Of a stretch of DNA of 64,000 nt, positions 59,324-64,000 are shown in pieces; position 1 is the stretch's first letter; every line of letters starts with the position of its first letter. The stretch spans positions 1 to 64,000 of the forward strand of contig JBEKTZ010000011.1 in the NCBI GenBank assembly GCA_049515535.1, in the 5' to 3' direction. The stretch comes from Candidatus Aminicenantales bacterium. Lineage in GTDB: Bacteria > Acidobacteriota > Aminicenantia > Aminicenantales > UBA4085. The translations under genes were made by a program, and so were the position numbers. Below the pieces are notes generated by a model. That model searched no databases. It was given only the letters and a program-made list of their open reading frames with translations, and was not told where the DNA came from.

Positions 59324-60649
59324 ATGGCGAAAGCACCCCACCCAATGCGTCGACGGGAATTTCTCAAAACCCTGCCGATCGCCGTCGCCGGCGTGGCCGG
59401 CTTCCCGACGATCGTGAAGGCGTCCGTGCTCGGCAGGGACGGCGCCGTCCCGCCGAGCGACAAGATCGTCATGGCCGGCATCGGCTTCGGGATGCAGGGC
59501 ATCCCCAACATGAAAGCCTTCCTGAATAAGGACGAAGTCCGATGGTCGGCCGTCTGCGACATCGACAAAAATCATCTCAAGGAAGCGCGGGACATCGTCA
59601 ACCAACACTACGGGAACGAGGACTGCGCGACGGTTCACGACTTCCGCGAGCTCTTTGCCCGTCCCGGCCTCGACGCCGTCTCGATCGCCGTTCCCGACCA
59701 TTGGCACGCCATCCTGTCCATCGCCGCCGTCCGCGCCGGTCTCGACGTCTACGGTGAAAAACCCTTCACCCACAGCCTCGCCGAAGGCCGCGCTCTCTGC
59801 GACGCGATCCGGCGCTACGGCCGCGTCTGGCAAACGGGAAGCTGGCAGCGCTCCGTGGACAATTTCCACCGCGCCTGCGAGCTTGTCCGCAACGGCCGGA
59901 TCGGGAAGATCCTCAGGGTCGAGGTCGGCCTGCCCGAAGGCCATCACGATTTCGCCCGGACCTTCGGCCAATGGACGATCGAGCCGCCTCCGCGCGAGCT
60001 GGATTACGATTTCTGGATCGGTCCGGCGCCCTATATCCCCTATTGCAAAGCCCGCGTCCACATGAACTGGCGCTGGAACATGGATTTCGGCGGCGGCCAG
60101 CTCATGGACTGGATCGGCCATCACCTGGACATCGCCCATTGGGGCCTCGGCTACGATTCCACCGGCCCCGTCGAGATCAGCGGCCGCGCCGAATATCCGT
60201 CGAGCGGCATCTACAACAGCCCGCTCCGCTATTGGGTCGACGCGAAATACGCCGACGGAACGCCCTTTGTCCTCGCCGGGGGATACGACGAGATCCAGGG
60301 CGGCACGAAATGGATCGGCGAATACGGCTGGATCTGGGTCGACCGGGGCGGGTTCGAAACGCAGCCCGCCCATCTCGTCAACGAGATCATCGGGCCCAAC
60401 GAGATCCGGCTGACGAAAAGCCGGGATCACTACCAGAACTTTCTGGACAGCGTCAAGAGCCGCGCCCTGACCATCGCGCCCAGCGAAACGGCCCACCGCT
60501 CGGCGAGCGTCGGCCATCTCGGCGTCATCGCCATCGCCACGGGGAGGACCATCAAGTGGGACCCGGCCGCGGAAACCATCACCGGCGACGAAGAGGCGAA
60601 CCGGCTTCTCAGCTGCGCCTACCGCAAACCCTGGCAGATTCCCGCTTAG
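59324..60649 (+). CDS. Tat-exported Gfo/Idh/MocA oxidoreductase
   Basis: RRREFL; PDHWH, GEKP, DWIGHHLD. Confidence 0.92.
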   Translation: MAKAPHPMRRREFLKTLPIAVAGVAGFPTIVKASVLGRDGAVPPSDKIVMAGIGFGMQGIPNMKAFLNKDEVRWSAVCDIDKNHLKEARDIVNQHYGNEDCATVHDFRELFARPGLDAVSIAVPDHWHAILSIAAVRAGLDVYGEKPFTHSLAEGRALCDAIRRYGRVWQTGSWQRSVDNFHRACELVRNGRIGKILRVEVGLPEGHHDFARTFGQWTIEPPPRELDYDFWIGPAPYIPYCKARVHMNWRWNMDFGGGQLMDWIGHHLDIAHWGLGYDSTGPVEISGRAEYPSSGIYNSPLRYWVDAKYADGTPFVLAGGYDEIQGGTKWIGEYGWIWVDRGGFETQPAHLVNEIIGPNEIRLTKSRDHYQNFLDSVKSRALTIAPSETAHRSASVGHLGVIAIATGRTIKWDPAAETITGDEEANRLLSCAYRKPWQIPA

Positions 60650-60659
60650 AGGTGCGCTC

Positions 60660-62651
60660 ATGGGAACAACGAAAATAAAAAAAATCGCGATCGTCGCCGC
60701 GGCGCTGGCTCTGATCTCCTGTTCCACATCGGCGTTCCAAACCGCGCCGCGGAACGCGAAAGAAGCGGCCGTTCCGAAGCTCGATGACATTCTCAAAAGA
60801 CTGGCGTCCTATGACGGCGGCCTGCATTCCGACGCTTTTTTCGATCTGCGCGCCTATGTTCAAGGACACAAGGACGTCCCGCAAGAGCGGCTGGCCTGCG
60901 AAGAAAAGCTCCTCGCCTTTCTCGCGGCGGACGCGTCGCTCCCCGCCAAAACGGCCGTCTGCCGCCAACTGCGAGTCATCGGCGGCGAAAAATCCGTTTC
61001 CGTTCTCGAAAAGATGCTGCCGGCCGCGGACACGACCGACATGGCCCGCTACGCTCTCGAGAAGATTCCCGGCGCCGATGCCGAAGACGCCCTGATCGGC
61101 GCGCTGGGAAAAACGAAAGGCGATATCAAAATGGGAATCATCGCCTCGCTCGGCCAGAGAAGAGCCAAAGGCTCGGTCGCCGAACTCGCCAAGCTCATCC
61201 GGGGAACGAATCAGGAATTGGCCGGGGCGGCCGCCACGGCGCTGGGGCAAATCGGCGGCATGGACGCGGCCGAAGCGCTTGGCAAAGCTCTCGGCCCGAG
61301 CCGGCCCGGACTCAAGGATATCGTCGCCTCGGCCTTGTTCCGCTGCGCCGAGGAATTCACCGCCTTGAAAGATCAACAAGCCTCGTTCCAGATCTATGAC
61401 CGGATCCTGGTCGAAAAACTTCCGGTCGCCATCCGCCGCGCCGCCTGGCGCGGGAAGATCGCTTCGTCCGGAAGCGAGGGGCGAAAAGGAATTCTCGAAA
61501 CCCTCGCCGGACCGGACCTGGAGATGCACGCGGCGGCCATCGGCCTGATCAAAAACTTTTTTGGCCCGGCCGATATCGGCCCGATCGTCGCGGCGCTGCC
61601 GAAGGTTCCCGAGGCGAGCCAGATCTCCTTGCTCGCCGTCCTCGCCGAGTACCCCAAGGAATCCGTCCTCCCCGTCGTTTCCGAAGCGGCCAAAAACCCC
61701 TCGAAAGACATCCGGATGGCCGGCATAAAAGCGCTCGAAAAAGCGGGCGACGCGTCCGTCGTCCCATTTCTGGCTGAAACGGCGGCCGCCGCGCCCCGCG
61801 CCGAGCAAGCCGTCGCCCGCAACAGCCTGTGGGGACTCAGAGGAAAGGACGCCGACGAGGCCATCCTGGCGCTGCTCGCCGCTCAGCCGAGCGAAGGCGT
61901 CCAAGCCGAGCTGATCCAAAGCGTCGGCGAACGGCGGATCTTCGCCGGAAAAGGCCTGGCCGTCGGGCTCACGGACAGTCCCTCCGCCAAAGTCCGCACT
62001 CAAGCGCTCAGGGCCGTCAAAGCCGTCGGGACGCCTTCGGACATTCCCGGTTTGCTGGATCTTCTATTGAAGACCAAGGACGAAGCGGACCGGCTCGCCG
62101 TCGAAAACGCGATCACCGGCCTCGCCCAAAAAATCGCCAATCCCGACGGCCGGGCGGGCGCGGTCCAGGCCAAGCTGGAGGGAGAGAAAGACGCCCGAAA
62201 GCGCTGCCTACTTTACGGAGTCCTGGGCAAGATCGGCGACGGCAGTTCCCTGGCCCTTCTTCGCGAGGCCCTGCAGGACCCCGACAAAGAGGTCGCCGAT
62301 GCCGCGGTCCGCGCGCTCACGATCTGGCCGACATCGGCGGCCCGGGATGACGTCTTTGAAATCGCCCTGAGGTCGGCCGACGAGGTCCACCGGGTCCTGG
62401 CTTTACGGGCCTTTGTCCGCCTGACCGGACTCGAGAAATACCGCGCTCCTCAAGCGGCCGTCGAAGACCTCCGGAAAGCGCTCGAAATCGCGTCGCGTCC
62501 CGAAGAGAAAAAATTGATCCTCAGCAGCCTGCCCGATTTCTCCTGCCCGGACGCGATCAAGCTCGCCGCGACCCTGGTCAACGACAAGGACGTCAAAGCC
62601 GAGGCCCGCGTCGCCTTGGACAAGATCAAGGAAAAACTCGTTAAAGATTGA
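60660..62651 (+). CDS. HEAT-repeat (probable lipo)protein
   Basis: Possible lipobox LISC; repeated AA.ALG.IG-type HEAT units. Confidence 0.85.
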   Translation: MGTTKIKKIAIVAAALALISCSTSAFQTAPRNAKEAAVPKLDDILKRLASYDGGLHSDAFFDLRAYVQGHKDVPQERLACEEKLLAFLAADASLPAKTAVCRQLRVIGGEKSVSVLEKMLPAADTTDMARYALEKIPGADAEDALIGALGKTKGDIKMGIIASLGQRRAKGSVAELAKLIRGTNQELAGAAATALGQIGGMDAAEALGKALGPSRPGLKDIVASALFRCAEEFTALKDQQASFQIYDRILVEKLPVAIRRAAWRGKIASSGSEGRKGILETLAGPDLEMHAAAIGLIKNFFGPADIGPIVAALPKVPEASQISLLAVLAEYPKESVLPVVSEAAKNPSKDIRMAGIKALEKAGDASVVPFLAETAAAAPRAEQAVARNSLWGLRGKDADEAILALLAAQPSEGVQAELIQSVGERRIFAGKGLAVGLTDSPSAKVRTQALRAVKAVGTPSDIPGLLDLLLKTKDEADRLAVENAITGLAQKIANPDGRAGAVQAKLEGEKDARKRCLLYGVLGKIGDGSSLALLREALQDPDKEVADAAVRALTIWPTSAARDDVFEIALRSADEVHRVLALRAFVRLTGLEKYRAPQAAVEDLRKALEIASRPEEKKLILSSLPDFSCPDAIKLAATLVNDKDVKAEARVALDKIKEKLVKD

Positions 62652-62695
62652 GAAATGGCGGATAATAGGCGGCTCATGGACAAGGAGGTGCGGTC

Positions 62696-63868
62696 ATGAT
62701 CGAAGGGCAGGAAACCCTCACCGCGACCGCCCGCCTGAAATACGGCATGATCGGCGGCGGAAAAGGCGCCTTCATCGGCGACGTCCACCGCAAAGCCATC
62801 GCCATGGACGGCAAGGCCGAACTCGTCGCCGGATGCTTCTCGCAATCCTACCAAAACACCCTCGAAACCGGCAAGAGCTGGGGTCTGGACAAGAAGAGGC
62901 TGTATAAAACCTTCGCGGACATGATCAGAACCGAGGCCGGAGACAAGGACCGGCCCGATTTTATCCTCATCGTCACGCCGAACCAGACTCATTTCCCCAT
63001 CGCCAAGCTCGCCCTCGAGAACGGATTCCACGTCGTCTGCGACAAGCCGCTGACGACGAGCAGCCGCGACGCCGAAGAGTTGGAAAAGCTGGCCGCGGAA
63101 AAAGGCCTCCTTTTTTGCGTCACCTACGCCTATCGCGGATATCCTATCGTCCACCATATGCGCGAAATGATCGCCAACGGCGAACTGGGCGACATCCGCT
63201 TCGTCGCGGCCGAATATCCCCAGGATTGGCTGGCCACGCCGCTCGAAAAGACCGGCCAGAAACAAGCCGCCTGGAGGACCGATCCGAAGCGGGCGGGCCT
63301 ATCCAACTGCGTCGGCGACATCGGCAGCCATATCGAAAATATGGTCTCGTACCTGACCGGGCTCGAGATGGAATCGCTGTGCGCCCGTCTCGACATCTTC
63401 GGCAAGGGGCGCACGCTCGACGACAACGCCTCGATCATGGTCAATTTCAAAGGCGGGGCGAAAGGACTGTTCTGGAGCTCGCAGATCGCGGTCGGCTACG
63501 ACAACGGCTTCCGCGTCCGGATTTTCGGGACCAAGGCCTCGCTCGAATGGGCCCAGGAAGAGTGCAATTACTGCCGGGTCGGCGCCATCGGCCGGCCGAC
63601 GGCCCGCTTGTCGCGCGGCCGGGACCCGTTTTATCCCCGCGCCCAGGCCTTGTCGCGTCTCCCATCCGGACATCCCGAAGGCTATTTCGAAGCGTTCGCC
63701 AACATCTATTCCCGTTTCCTCACGGCGCTGGGCAAGAAATCGGCGGGCCGGAAACCGACGAAGGATGATCTGGATTTTCCCGACATCCGAGACGGCATCC
63801 GCGGCGTGCGATTCATCGAAACGTGCGTCGCGAGCTCGAAAAAGGGCGCCGTCTGGGCCCCCTTCTAA
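62696..63868 (+). CDS. Gfo/Idh/MocA oxidoreductase (cytoplasmic)
   Basis: GMIGGGKGAFIG.VH, CDKP, DIGSH, GHPEGYFEAFANIY. Confidence 0.92.
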   Translation: MIEGQETLTATARLKYGMIGGGKGAFIGDVHRKAIAMDGKAELVAGCFSQSYQNTLETGKSWGLDKKRLYKTFADMIRTEAGDKDRPDFILIVTPNQTHFPIAKLALENGFHVVCDKPLTTSSRDAEELEKLAAEKGLLFCVTYAYRGYPIVHHMREMIANGELGDIRFVAAEYPQDWLATPLEKTGQKQAAWRTDPKRAGLSNCVGDIGSHIENMVSYLTGLEMESLCARLDIFGKGRTLDDNASIMVNFKGGAKGLFWSSQIAVGYDNGFRVRIFGTKASLEWAQEECNYCRVGAIGRPTARLSRGRDPFYPRAQALSRLPSGHPEGYFEAFANIYSRFLTALGKKSAGRKPTKDDLDFPDIRDGIRGVRFIETCVASSKKGAVWAPF

Positions 63869-63880
63869 GGAGCGATCGAT

Positions 63881-64000
63881 ATGAGCAAACCCGTCACGCT
63901 TTTCACCGGCCAATGGGCGGATCTCCCGTTCGAGGACATCTGCAAAAAAGCGGGCGGCTGGGGATACGATGGGCTGGAGATCGCCTGCTGGGGCGATCAT
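63881..64000 (+). CDS. Sugar phosphate isomerase/epimerase (IolE/AP-endonuclease-2-like), 5' part; runs off the window
   Basis: [40 protein letters not shown]. Confidence 0.85.
   Translation, partial: MSKPVTLFTGQWADLPFEDICKKAGGWGYDGLEIACWGDH

Overview
A GC-rich bacterial chromosomal segment. The protein style (zinc-ribbon/Ser-Thr kinase/TolB-like/TPR proteins, a VWFA-type protein) suggests an Acidobacteriota/Aminicenantes-like organism; this is inference only. From left to right it contains: an AT-rich accessory region (IS630 end disrupting a NucS-like nuclease, a beta-barrel OMP, an NHL/FN3 surface protein); a full tRNA-Sec; two tandem ~3.1 kb integrase-less kinase cassettes bounded by copies of the 5' half of tRNA-Sec; selB-selD-selA; sulfatase, lipocalin, LMW-PTP, a desulfurase-like gene and two sugar epimerases; a 3 kb AT-rich VWA insert flanked by a 350 bp duplication of a gene 3' end; a Pho-box/porin/pstSCAB/phoBR locus and pit/DUF47; a chaperone-usher-like pilus cluster with four pilin-like genes; amino-acid transporters and peptidases; and a Gfo/Idh/MocA plus TIM-barrel sugar catabolism cluster. 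The most notable signal is the selC cassette array. Each cassette appears to have inserted at the anticodon loop and to carry its own promoter plus the tRNA 5' half, together with conserved end motifs, one of which lies at exactly the same distance from the core in both cassettes.
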